Source: a virus (taxonomy: Duplodnaviria > Heunggongvirae > Uroviricota > Caudoviricetes > Herelleviridae). Taken from it: DNA of 64,000 bases. The translations under genes were made by a program, and so were the position numbers. Location: IMG/VR virus record IMGVR_UViG_3300027628_000013; one strand, 5' to 3'. The notes beneath the pieces are model-generated. The model saw only the letters and a program-made list of their open reading frames with translations, was not told the origin of the DNA and searched no databases. Of this stretch, positions 18,043 to 27,365 are shown in pieces. Positions within the stretch are counted from its first letter, which is position 1, and each line of letters opens with the position of its first letter.

Positions 18043-18319
18043 TGATTGGCTACGCAGTATTATTGATGAAGTTGTGGATGAGGAGCAAAGAAAGTACCAA
18101 AATTCCTATAAACCTTCTAAGCAAACTCCTAAGCAAACCCCTGAGAAAAGGGAAAACCAACTAAAGCCAAGAGAATATGTGAAAGCCCCACTACCTACGG
18201 CAGTAGACTGGGGAGGACAGGAGTACTTAAATCCAGTATATCCTAAGAAGAAAGAGCCTACAAAAATACCTCAGAAGAAACCTGCTCCTAGCAACATGCC
18301 TAAATGGGGTAGGTTTTAA
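18017..18319 (+). CDS. Hypothetical Pro/Lys-rich protein (100 aa)
   Basis: RBS AGGGAGG lies 9 nt upstream. The gene overlaps the 3' end of the preceding gene. Confidence 0.4.
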   Translation: MTPSSINNDDWLRSIIDEVVDEEQRKYQNSYKPSKQTPKQTPEKRENQLKPREYVKAPLPTAVDWGGQEYLNPVYPKKKEPTKIPQKKPAPSNMPKWGRF

Positions 18320-18342
18320 GCTGTTATAGGTGGTGATAATAG

Positions 18343-19200
18343 GTGATACCTGTAATTGACGATTATTTAAGTGATTTAATACAAAGCAAGTTTAAGTATT
18401 TGCAGAAAAATCCTAGCTTTATTGAGGATATAATAACCTTAAGTCCTAATAAGATGAAGTCTCTACAGACATACATCTCAAGGCAACCAATAGAAGTCCT
18501 TAAGGGATTCCCTATTAAACCTAACCAACTTCCCTGTATCGCAATCCTATTAGGTAACGAGAACGAGGAGCAAGGGGGTTTAGGTGACTATTCAGAGGAT
18601 GAAGATGCAGATATCAGAACTCATACTGAGACACTGAAAGTTGTAGACTCTGTGGGTGGACATTTAGCTGTGCCTTATGTGCAGTTAACATATAAACCTG
18701 TAGTAGCTGTACAGCAAGTGTTCTCTAATTCTGTGGGACAGGTAATACCTGAGAATCAGTATTACATTGATAATCCTAGACTATCTCTAGTAGGCTTCCT
18801 ATCAGGATTGATAGAAGGTGACGATGAGGTAACCGTAACTTATAGTTACAGACATACTTCAGAGGTTAGTTTGGATACAATGTTCGAGCACAACTTCCGT
18901 ATAGAAGTGTGGAGCAATAATGCTGACATAGTGTCTCAGCTATACGCTTTGACCAAGTGGGCTATACTATCAGGTAGAAATGACCTCGTAACACAGTGTG
19001 GGTTATATAGGCAGAGACTAAGTGGCGCTGACCTACAGCCTGATAACAATTTGTCTCCTGAATTTGCTTATAGGAGAGGTCTTAATTTTTGGTGTCAAGC
19101 TGACTCATCTGTACCTGTGGAAGAGATTGGTTATGTCTCTGACGTAGTTGTAAATGAGCAGATAGGTTTTGACATAGAGGGTGGTGACGAACATGGCTAA
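18343..19200 (+). CDS. Hypothetical structural protein (possible tail terminator or completion protein); GTG start
   Basis: RBS AGGTGGTG with 8-nt spacing to the GTG start. Located immediately upstream of the sheath gene. Confidence 0.45.
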   Translation: MIPVIDDYLSDLIQSKFKYLQKNPSFIEDIITLSPNKMKSLQTYISRQPIEVLKGFPIKPNQLPCIAILLGNENEEQGGLGDYSEDEDADIRTHTETLKVVDSVGGHLAVPYVQLTYKPVVAVQQVFSNSVGQVIPENQYYIDNPRLSLVGFLSGLIEGDDEVTVTYSYRHTSEVSLDTMFEHNFRIEVWSNNADIVSQLYALTKWAILSGRNDLVTQCGLYRQRLSGADLQPDNNLSPEFAYRRGLNFWCQADSSVPVEEIGYVSDVVVNEQIGFDIEGGDEHG

Positions 19201-19384
19201 GAAGAAAGAGGAAAAAGTAGCAGAGCCTGTGGAAGAGCGTATCCACATTAACGAGTATAGAGCTTCTCATCCTGAGTTATCCCTAGAGGAGATTGCAGGG
19301 CTGACAGTACGTGCAGGTAAAACCATGATGCGTAGAAGTCAGTGGGATGAAGTCCTAGCTGAATATAAAGGAACTGACAAATAA
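19193..19384 (+). CDS. Small hypothetical protein (63 aa)
   Basis: The ATG at 19193 overlaps the upstream stop codon. Confidence 0.35.
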   Translation: MAKKKEEKVAEPVEERIHINEYRASHPELSLEEIAGLTVRAGKTMMRRSQWDEVLAEYKGTDK

Positions 19385-19404
19385 GAGAAAGAGGTGTTTA
19401 GCAC

Positions 19405-21108
19405 ATGGCTAGAAGTGATTATGGTGTTGTATTTAATGGTCGTAGGATTGTACATCCTGGTGCCTATGATGCTATAGAGTCTAACGGTTTAACTGCCGTA
19501 TCAGACGGAAGCCTAGACTTACCTATCGTAGTTGGTACTGCCGACTCAGGTGAGAAGGGTGTGCTTAAATGGTTTACAAGCATTGAGGTAGCTCGTGAGT
19601 ACTTAGGTGGCGGTGAATTAGTAACTGCATTGGAACTTATGTTCTCTCCTAGCCCTCAGGGTGGTGGCGGTGCTACTATGATTGGTGTTATTGTTGCCAA
19701 CGATGCTAAGAAAGCTACAGTGACAGCAGGTGGAGTCGTATTTACAGCTCAAAAGGCTGGAGATGGCGGTAACCGTACTACTGTGAAGATTGAAGATGGT
19801 TCTGTTACAGGAGCTAAGCTAATCACTGTACAACGTTGGGATTTAGAAGCAATGGAAGTATACGCTAACTTAGGTGCACTATTCAGCATCAAGTATGTAG
19901 GTTCTTCTGCATATGCCAATGTTGATGTAACTAACGGGGTACTGACTACTAAGGTTGGTGCAGACGCTGGTTCAGCGACAACAGACTTGAGTGTTAACTT
20001 AACTAGCGGTCAATATGCTACAGTAAATGATGTTGTTAGTTACCTTGGAGGTATTTCAGACTATGAAATATCACTTTCTAACTACAATAACCTAGACTTA
20101 GCTTTAACCGCTGTAGATAACTTAACATCTACTAGTATCAAGGGTACTGCAAAGACTGTCCTTTCTGTAAAGGCAGACATTGTACACCAAATTAATAAGT
20201 TGTCTCAGTTAGTAACTGTTTCTGTATCAGGAACTGTATCTAACTCTCCAACAACTTCATTAACTGCTGGTACTAAAGGTACTGCTCCATCTAGCTGGGT
20301 TCAGTATTTTGATACTATCAAAAAGAATTTCTCAGACATGCTAGTGGTTCTATCTAGTGACCCAGGTATCCATGCAGAAGCTATGGCTCACGTAGCTCAG
20401 ATGGAAAACCGTAACCAAAAGCAAATGTTGTTCACTGGTGGTGCTACTGGTGAGACAGTAGCTCAGGTTAAACAACGTGCTATGCAACTTAACAGCTCTC
20501 GTGCTGTACTAGGTTACCCAGCATGTTTCCACAAAGCTTACAATGATGGTAAAGTTGCTTTACCTGCATATATGACTGGAGCTATGATTGCTGGTCGTGT
20601 GGCTGGTGTAGACCCTGCTGAACCTATCACAGGTGACTACTTCAACCTTATCTCATTAGAGAACGACTTAGTAGCAGGTGACCCAGATATTGATGATTTA
20701 ATCACTTCTGGTATTGCTACGTTAGAACGTACAGGTAATGGTGGTATCCGTCTAGTACAGGGTGTTACAACTTACCTAGGTTCTAATAACTCTCTATACA
20801 GAGAGATTTCTGTAAGACGTGGAGCAGATAACATCTCTAGCACTATGAGACAGACGATGGAGAAAACATTCGTAGGTCAGAAGATGCCAGCTACTCCATC
20901 AGCAGTACAGACAGTAGCAATCACTGTATTAGAGCAAGCGGTTAAAGATAAGGAGATTGCAGGCTATCAGAATATCCAAGTGGTATTCCAAGGTACAATT
21001 GTAGTAGTGAGCTATGAAGTGGCTCCAATTGAACCTATTAACTTCATCCTAGTAACTTCTCACTTTATTCCAGCGGCTTCTCTTAATACAAATACTGAAC
21101 AACAATAA
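19405..21108 (+). CDS. Tail sheath protein (putative)
   Basis: 567 aa, directly upstream of a 137-aa tube-like gene, with chaperones and tape measure downstream. The layout is typical of contractile tails. Confidence 0.55.
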   Translation: MARSDYGVVFNGRRIVHPGAYDAIESNGLTAVSDGSLDLPIVVGTADSGEKGVLKWFTSIEVAREYLGGGELVTALELMFSPSPQGGGGATMIGVIVANDAKKATVTAGGVVFTAQKAGDGGNRTTVKIEDGSVTGAKLITVQRWDLEAMEVYANLGALFSIKYVGSSAYANVDVTNGVLTTKVGADAGSATTDLSVNLTSGQYATVNDVVSYLGGISDYEISLSNYNNLDLALTAVDNLTSTSIKGTAKTVLSVKADIVHQINKLSQLVTVSVSGTVSNSPTTSLTAGTKGTAPSSWVQYFDTIKKNFSDMLVVLSSDPGIHAEAMAHVAQMENRNQKQMLFTGGATGETVAQVKQRAMQLNSSRAVLGYPACFHKAYNDGKVALPAYMTGAMIAGRVAGVDPAEPITGDYFNLISLENDLVAGDPDIDDLITSGIATLERTGNGGIRLVQGVTTYLGSNNSLYREISVRRGADNISSTMRQTMEKTFVGQKMPATPSAVQTVAITVLEQAVKDKEIAGYQNIQVVFQGTIVVVSYEVAPIEPINFILVTSHFIPAASLNTNTEQQ

Positions 21109-21124
21109 TCGGAGGTGAGTGTAG

Positions 21125-21538
21125 ATGGCTACAGTTGAAAAACAGACCGTACACACTGGTCATACCATCAATATCCGTGTTGGTAGTCAGATTATCGGTA
21201 GAGCTCAAGGTATCGATGGAGAACGTTCCTTCGGTACTGAGGGTGTCTATGAAATCGGTTCTATGATGCCACAAGAACACGTGCAAAATAGATATGAAGG
21301 TCAGCTTAACTTAGAACGCTTCTTCGTACGTAATAAAGACTTAGCGGCTGCTGGTCTATCTTCTCTAGGGGAAGAGGTCTTGAAGAAAGACATGATTACC
21401 ATTGAGATTGTAGACAAGTACACTGGCAAGGTAGTTCGTGCATACCACGGTTGCACAGCTAACTCTTATAGAGAAACATTCCGTGTTAACTCTATTGCTG
21501 GTGAGAACGCTACTTGGTCTTACTTGTACGCTAAGTAA
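21125..21538 (+). CDS. Tail tube protein (putative)
   Basis: 137 aa, lying between the sheath and the tail-chaperone genes. RBS GGAGGTGAG. A strong terminator follows. Confidence 0.5.
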   Translation: MATVEKQTVHTGHTINIRVGSQIIGRAQGIDGERSFGTEGVYEIGSMMPQEHVQNRYEGQLNLERFFVRNKDLAAAGLSSLGEEVLKKDMITIEIVDKYTGKVVRAYHGCTANSYRETFRVNSIAGENATWSYLYAK

Positions 21539-21554
21539 ATATCAGACCTATCAA

Positions 21555-21597
21555 GGGGTGGGAGTATTTGTATAAATACTTCTGCCCCTATTTTATT
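21555..21597 (+). terminator. Rho-independent terminator after the tube gene (long stem GGGGTGGGAGTATTT / AAATACTTCTGCCCC + TATTTTATTT)
   Basis: About 15-bp stem including G-U pairs, a GTAT loop and a T-run. Confidence 0.55.
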
Positions 21598-21628
21598 TGG
21601 AGAAATTATTTTATAGGAGGAATAGAAT

Positions 21629-22051
21629 ATGGATAACAGTGCATTAGTTAAACTAAGAGAAAGAATGTTGGGAGCAGTTAATAAAGGTAATAAGATTCAG
21701 CACTCTATTAAAGTAGACTTCTCACATATTGACCCTGAGTTTGTAGGTACTTTCGTTATACACAAGCCTTCACAGATGGAACGCTTAGAGATTGGTAGAA
21801 TTACAGCATTCCTTAAGGGTGGAGACGATAGCGTTGATACTCGTACACATAATATTGCTACTATCACTGCAACTTTTGAGGTACTATTGGATTCTAAGCC
21901 TGACTGGTTTGATGTATTCGATCCTAGAGTTGAGTATGAAATCTCAGAGGAAGTATACGCTCAATACATGAACTTCCTTGCTACCTTTCGCAACGGAGCT
22001 AAAGGAAGCGAACCTACAGGAGATAGCGAAAACAAACCAAGCGAGGTTTGA
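21629..22051 (+). CDS. Tail assembly chaperone (G-like, upstream ORF of an overlapping pair)
   Basis: Located between the tube and tape measure genes. Its 3' end overlaps ORF 21978-22496, which lies in the +1 frame. Confidence 0.5.
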   Translation: MDNSALVKLRERMLGAVNKGNKIQHSIKVDFSHIDPEFVGTFVIHKPSQMERLEIGRITAFLKGGDDSVDTRTHNIATITATFEVLLDSKPDWFDVFDPRVEYEISEEVYAQYMNFLATFRNGAKGSEPTGDSENKPSEV

Positions 22052-22496
22052 GTGGTGGATACAGAAGAACTTCCAAGTGCTACCTACAGACCCTAGATTT
22101 CAAGACCTAACTAAGGAGCAAATGGACTTGATGTATGAACACTATCTTATCGATAATCCTAAGGTTAAGGTGAAGTTAGAGGATGACGGTAAATTCCGTG
22201 ACCCTGACTATGATAAAGAAGAGCTAGAGAGTGAAATGGAAGACTCCTATAATCAGAACGCTACTGATGAGGACAAAGAAAGATATAAAGATACCCTCCC
22301 TATGCAGGATATAGAGCACTATGAAGACCCTGACTTTGACTCAGCTTGGAACATGGATGAGGATGAGGATTTTGGTGATAAGGGAATCATAGCCGAAAAT
22401 CCCCAAAAACAGGGAGAAGAGGATGAAGAAGGGCAAATGTTAGCCCCCAAAGATTCGCCTACGATGAACCCTAATGATTGGGAGGAGGTAGATTAA
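21978..22496 (+). CDS. Tail assembly chaperone extension (GT-like); probably expressed by a +1 translational frameshift from 21629-22051, or by internal initiation at the ATG at 22123
   Basis: No ATG or RBS at the 5' end of this frame. The +1 frame is open from 21972. The C-terminal half is highly acidic. Confidence 0.4.
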   Translation: MLPFATELKEANLQEIAKTNQARFEWWIQKNFQVLPTDPRFQDLTKEQMDLMYEHYLIDNPKVKVKLEDDGKFRDPDYDKEELESEMEDSYNQNATDEDKERYKDTLPMQDIEHYEDPDFDSAWNMDEDEDFGDKGIIAENPQKQGEEDEEGQMLAPKDSPTMNPNDWEEVD

Positions 22497-22497
22497 G

Positions 22498-25179
22498 ATG
22501 GCAGAGCACGAAAAAGATGTCAAACTGAATATGGATACCAAGGAAGCTGTTCGTAATATCTCCCAGTTAGAAAGACAGGTTGATAAGCTAGGAGACCTAG
22601 CAGACCAAGGGGAGAGGTTGCAGGATGGCTTCCTTTCTCGTAAACAGGTATATAACTACCGTACTACTTTTCGAGAGATTGAGCGTAACTATCAAGACCA
22701 CTACAAAAAGCTAGAGGAAATGGAAAAAGAGTACTCTAAGCAGAGGGAGTCAGCTAGGCAGGAACTAGAGAAACGTCAGAAACTCTATGAGAATGCCCAA
22801 GGTGGTAACAGATGGGGTGATGTAGCTAGCCCTGCTGTTATGGATTACCATGAACGTAAGTATGGTGAAGCTCAGAAGAAGTATGATGATTCTACTAGGG
22901 CTGATGCTCAGCTAGCACAAATGCGTGAAATGGTAAACCAAATGGGTGAAGAACGTGACAGGGGGCAAATGCACGCAAACCGTATAGACAATATGCACCA
23001 AGTCAATCCAATGGCTAGGGACGTAATGAATACGGCAGGTGACATTGCGGCTACTGGAGGTATTATTCATTCCATTGGTCAGCTTACTAACTACGTTGGT
23101 GATGGTGTTGACAAGATACGTGACCAAGATAAGCAAGGGTATGTAGTTGGTCAAAGGCTTGGAACCTATGAGGGTGATGATACCAAGGTACGTACTGATG
23201 CAAGGGAAACAGGTCTAGAAAACCAGTACAAAGCTAGTGAGACCCTACAAACTCAGTCTGTCCTCCTATCAGGTGGTACAGATGGTGACAACAAGAAGCT
23301 ACAGGCTGATACTGAAGCTGTACAGAATTTCTCTAGAGCATACACCACTGACCCAAATGAAATGGCTCAAGCAGGTAGTTACCTTAAACAGATAGGTGCC
23401 CTAAATGATGGTGATATGCAACGCTTTGCTGACCTTATCGGAGGTGCAGTAGCTAAGAATGGTATGAATGGTAGGGAAGAGGAAATGCTTCGCGCTACCA
23501 CTAACCTATTAGCTAGGTCATCTCAAGGGCAAGTAGAGTTTGGTAATGACCAAGTAAAAGACGTAGTTGCTCTACAAGCTACTCTAGGTGAGACTAATGA
23601 GACTCTTAAAGGTGACAAGGGGGCAGATTTACTAGGCAGAGCAGATGATGCTATCAAGAGTAAAGATAATGCACTTCAAATCCTAATGGGTCGAGGTACT
23701 AACCCAGAGTATCAGGGTCCAGAAGGTCTAGAGAAGCTACAGATTCAGATGGAGAAAGGTGTATCTGACCCTGAGAATCTTAAGACTATCTTTGGTAACG
23801 CTAAGAAGTTTGGTTATAGTGATGCGGTAGTTAGAGACATCATAGGCAGTAACTTAGGCTGGAATAAGACTGAAACTAAAGCCCTATGGGATAGTGGTTT
23901 TGTTGATAAAGTTGCTAATGGTGAGCTGTCTGATGAGGAAATCACTAAAGAGATGGAGAAGTACGGCAAAAAGGAAACTAAAAAGCGTACTAAAGACTAT
24001 AACAAAACCAATGCTAAAGAGCGTTACAGTAATGAAGCTGAGAATGAGTCCATCAAGACTAAGGCTAGTTATGGTTTTGAAGAAATAGGCTCTGGTATCA
24101 ATACCCTTTGGAATGAGATGCCTGACTGGTTACAGGTAGCGGCACCATTTGCAGGTGGAGTACTTGGTACAGGAATGGCTATGACTGGTATGGGTAGAAA
24201 GCTTATCCAAAAGGGTATCAAGAAAGTTACTCCTACCATAGGTGGTAAAAACAATAAGGTTCCTGACCCTGATAAACCACCTACTAACAAGCCTGATAAA
24301 CCTGAGCCTAGGGTAGATGCAGACGAGAGACAGACACGTAGTGAGCGTAATGCTAAGCCTAAGTCTAGTACAGGAGAGAAAATCAAGGGTACTAGTAAAA
24401 AGGTATGGGAGAAGACTAAAGGTGCAGGTAAGACTGTAGCTGAGAAGGGTAGTAAGCTACTTGGACCACTAGGAACCCTAGCCGCTGTAGATATGACTGC
24501 TGATATAGCTGATAGTGCTGGAGACTGGTTTTGGGGACACTCAGCAGGAGAGAAAAAGAGTGGCGGTCTAATCAGTAATCCATTTAAAGACCACGGTACC
24601 TATGAAGAGGGTAGACAAGGTGCGTTCTATAAGGCAATAGGTGTAGACTCTCAGATTAAGGATGAGAAAAAGAAGGATAAGGAAGATAAGGAAAAGAAAG
24701 TAGATGAAAAGGCTGATAAGTCAGATGGTAACAAGAAAGCTGAGAAAAAGCTAGAGGAAGAGGATACTAAGAAAAAGGGCGAACATAAGCTTGCTGGAGA
24801 AGATAGGTCTACTACTGCTCCTGAAGGTGGCTCTACTTTAGATTCCCTCAATGTAACCAATCTGTACATTCAGGACAAATCCTTATCAGACTTACTACAA
24901 TCTGGACGTAATCCTGAGAAGGAAGCATACCGTGCTATCGTAGAATCCTCAGGAAACGATAGAGAAGTGGGTAAGGCTGGAGAGAAGGACAAGAAAGGTA
25001 AAGCAAATGAAATGGTTGTAAGGGTTGTAGTAGAGGGCTCTATTGATGGAATGACTAACGAGAATCAGACTACTGTTGCAGGCTCTATAGCCAATGCGTT
25101 TGACAGTGCTGTATCAGGTATCACAAACTTTATCACTGGAGATGGCTACAACCTATCCGAAGACCAAAGTAGGGGGTAA
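22498..25179 (+). CDS. Tape measure protein
   Basis: 893 aa, with a coiled-coil-rich sequence and a Gly-rich TM-like segment (AAPFAGGVLGTGMAMTGMG). It sits after the chaperone pair. Confidence 0.65.
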   Translation: MAEHEKDVKLNMDTKEAVRNISQLERQVDKLGDLADQGERLQDGFLSRKQVYNYRTTFREIERNYQDHYKKLEEMEKEYSKQRESARQELEKRQKLYENAQGGNRWGDVASPAVMDYHERKYGEAQKKYDDSTRADAQLAQMREMVNQMGEERDRGQMHANRIDNMHQVNPMARDVMNTAGDIAATGGIIHSIGQLTNYVGDGVDKIRDQDKQGYVVGQRLGTYEGDDTKVRTDARETGLENQYKASETLQTQSVLLSGGTDGDNKKLQADTEAVQNFSRAYTTDPNEMAQAGSYLKQIGALNDGDMQRFADLIGGAVAKNGMNGREEEMLRATTNLLARSSQGQVEFGNDQVKDVVALQATLGETNETLKGDKGADLLGRADDAIKSKDNALQILMGRGTNPEYQGPEGLEKLQIQMEKGVSDPENLKTIFGNAKKFGYSDAVVRDIIGSNLGWNKTETKALWDSGFVDKVANGELSDEEITKEMEKYGKKETKKRTKDYNKTNAKERYSNEAENESIKTKASYGFEEIGSGINTLWNEMPDWLQVAAPFAGGVLGTGMAMTGMGRKLIQKGIKKVTPTIGGKNNKVPDPDKPPTNKPDKPEPRVDADERQTRSERNAKPKSSTGEKIKGTSKKVWEKTKGAGKTVAEKGSKLLGPLGTLAAVDMTADIADSAGDWFWGHSAGEKKSGGLISNPFKDHGTYEEGRQGAFYKAIGVDSQIKDEKKKDKEDKEKKVDEKADKSDGNKKAEKKLEEEDTKKKGEHKLAGEDRSTTAPEGGSTLDSLNVTNLYIQDKSLSDLLQSGRNPEKEAYRAIVESSGNDREVGKAGEKDKKGKANEMVVRVVVEGSIDGMTNENQTTVAGSIANAFDSAVSGITNFITGDGYNLSEDQSRG

Positions 25180-25184
25180 TATTA

Positions 25185-27353
25185 ATGTCAGAAATGATAG
25201 CTACTAGATATAAACCACAGGCAAAAGTTACCTTTTACAATGAGAAGGGTAACTTAGTAGTTAGGGGTACAGGTGACCCCAAAAGTGATATAGACCAAGA
25301 TATTGTCAGTATTAGAACTATCAGAGATATGGGGGCTGATGCCCCTACCTTTACTATAAATCTAACTAGAAGAAGAATGTGGCACAAATGGATTACATCA
25401 AATGACCTAGTGATTATAGAAATGAGTAGACCACCTGAGAAGATGGCAGTAGTCTTTGTAGGTCTTGTTGACGATGCACGTAAGCAGGTAATAATAGGTG
25501 AGGATTCTGTTCAGCGTATTATAACTATTACTGGACGTGGTGTGAACAAGGCGTTTATCAAGTTTGATATTGGCTATGTACCTGAAGCAGAGGTTGTAAG
25601 CCCTAGTATTGGTTACATGGAGGACAGTGGAGTTACCCTATCAGGTTCTACTCCTGACAAGATAATGAAGTCCATGCTAGACAACATAGCCAAAAAGCAC
25701 GTAAACTATAAGTGGGGAGACAAAACTGCTCTCTTTAACCTTATTGATACAAAGCTGTCAGCTCGTAAGGATGTTGTACTAAAGGATGCTACAACCTTAA
25801 TGAACTTCCAAGGCAGTATATGGGCATTCATGAAGGAGCTAGCAGATGAGCCATTCCATGAGATATTTTGGGAAATCAATAAGAACAATAGACCTGAGCT
25901 AGTCCTCAGACCTACTCCGTTTAGTGAGAGTCGTTGGGAGTCCTTACCATACCATGAAATAGAGGATAAGCATGTTGTGAATGAGCAAATAGGCAGAAGT
26001 GACCTTGAAACTTATTCCCTGTACTCTGTAGGTACCCAAACAGCTTTCAGTAACAATGACCCTTTCCATACATTCGGTTATCTTCCTTTGTGGTATAAGC
26101 CATATGCAGATAAATACGGGTTACACCGTCTACATGTTGATACTCTATTTGCGGCAGTAACTAGTGCAGAGGATACAGCAGATTCAGGAGTTATCAAGAA
26201 TCTACAAACTGACCTATTCAACTGGAACATACACAACAACAGTTTCTATAATGGAAGCCTACAAGTTCTTGGAAGCAACCAGTACAAGATAGGTAACAGG
26301 TTGAGGTATAAGTCTGTTGAAGACAATAGTAATATGGAGTACTATATCACCTCAGTAACTAACACTTTTGTGAACTTTGGTACATGGACAACTGAGTTAG
26401 GTGTTACGAGAGGTATGAGAATAGGAGACCGATTCAAAGCACCATATGGTAAGGCTGAGGAGTACAAAGGTATTGGCTTAGTGAAGTATGACCCTGAAGG
26501 AGCTAAACAAGCCATGCTAGCAACATCTACTGGAGCCACAGGAGTAGCTTCGGGTGATGCAAGTGGGGTAATCTCTGTAGGTCAGACACTAATCGGAAAG
26601 GTAACCTACCAAATGGGTGGTCCGGGTATGGAAGCTGGTAGGGGAGACTGTTCTCAGTTCACTAGGTACTGTTTCCAAAAAGGGGCAGGAATTGATATTG
26701 GAGTACCTACAGCAACTCAGGTTGGTAAGGGGACTCAGATAGCTAAGGGTAGTGAACAGCCAGGAGACCTAATATTCTTTAAGGGAACCTACAACAGTGG
26801 ATACATCTATGGTGTTTCCCATGTAGGTATAGTAGTGGGTAATGGTCAAATGATTGACTGTGGTAGTAAGGGTGTATCTGTTCGTAGTTATAATACTTCC
26901 TATTGGAGTTCCAAATTTCTAATGTTTAGAAGAGTACTAACAGCGACAAGTGCAGGTGGAGGAGGAGCCTTTGGTCAAAGCGGTCTAACAGGTATACCTA
27001 CTGGTAAGTCATATCAAATGACTGCTTCCGCTTATGGAGCTACTGCCCTTAACCTAGAAGGTGGTCCAGGATGGGTACCTACATTCAAGACAGCGAGTGG
27101 TACCAGACCTACAGAGGGGAGAACAATAGCAGTTGATAGAAGACTGATACCTCTTGGTACTAAGGTGAGAATCACCTGTCCATCATATCCTCAGGTCAAT
27201 GGAGTGTATATAGCGGAGGATGTAGGGGGAGCCATCAAGCAGATGCGTATAGATATCTACTTTGATGATATGCCTCCTAAAGACCCACACCAAGCACGTA
27301 AGCGAATGTTAGCTTTCGGTATGAGAAAGATAACAGTTGAGATTCTCAAATAG
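25185..27353 (+). CDS. Tail-associated cell-wall hydrolase: an N-terminal tail/baseplate domain, an NlpC/P60-like cysteine peptidase and a C-terminal 3D (MltA/RlpA-like) domain
   Basis: NlpC/P60 motifs GDCSQFTRYCF ... GDLIFF ... SHVGIVVGNG. 3D-domain-like motifs TASAYGATALNLEGGPGW ... GRTIAVDRRLIPLGTKVRI ... GGAI. Confidence 0.6.
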   Translation: MSEMIATRYKPQAKVTFYNEKGNLVVRGTGDPKSDIDQDIVSIRTIRDMGADAPTFTINLTRRRMWHKWITSNDLVIIEMSRPPEKMAVVFVGLVDDARKQVIIGEDSVQRIITITGRGVNKAFIKFDIGYVPEAEVVSPSIGYMEDSGVTLSGSTPDKIMKSMLDNIAKKHVNYKWGDKTALFNLIDTKLSARKDVVLKDATTLMNFQGSIWAFMKELADEPFHEIFWEINKNNRPELVLRPTPFSESRWESLPYHEIEDKHVVNEQIGRSDLETYSLYSVGTQTAFSNNDPFHTFGYLPLWYKPYADKYGLHRLHVDTLFAAVTSAEDTADSGVIKNLQTDLFNWNIHNNSFYNGSLQVLGSNQYKIGNRLRYKSVEDNSNMEYYITSVTNTFVNFGTWTTELGVTRGMRIGDRFKAPYGKAEEYKGIGLVKYDPEGAKQAMLATSTGATGVASGDASGVISVGQTLIGKVTYQMGGPGMEAGRGDCSQFTRYCFQKGAGIDIGVPTATQVGKGTQIAKGSEQPGDLIFFKGTYNSGYIYGVSHVGIVVGNGQMIDCGSKGVSVRSYNTSYWSSKFLMFRRVLTATSAGGGGAFGQSGLTGIPTGKSYQMTASAYGATALNLEGGPGWVPTFKTASGTRPTEGRTIAVDRRLIPLGTKVRITCPSYPQVNGVYIAEDVGGAIKQMRIDIYFDDMPPKDPHQARKRMLAFGMRKITVEILK

Positions 27354-27365
27354 GAGGTAATAAGT

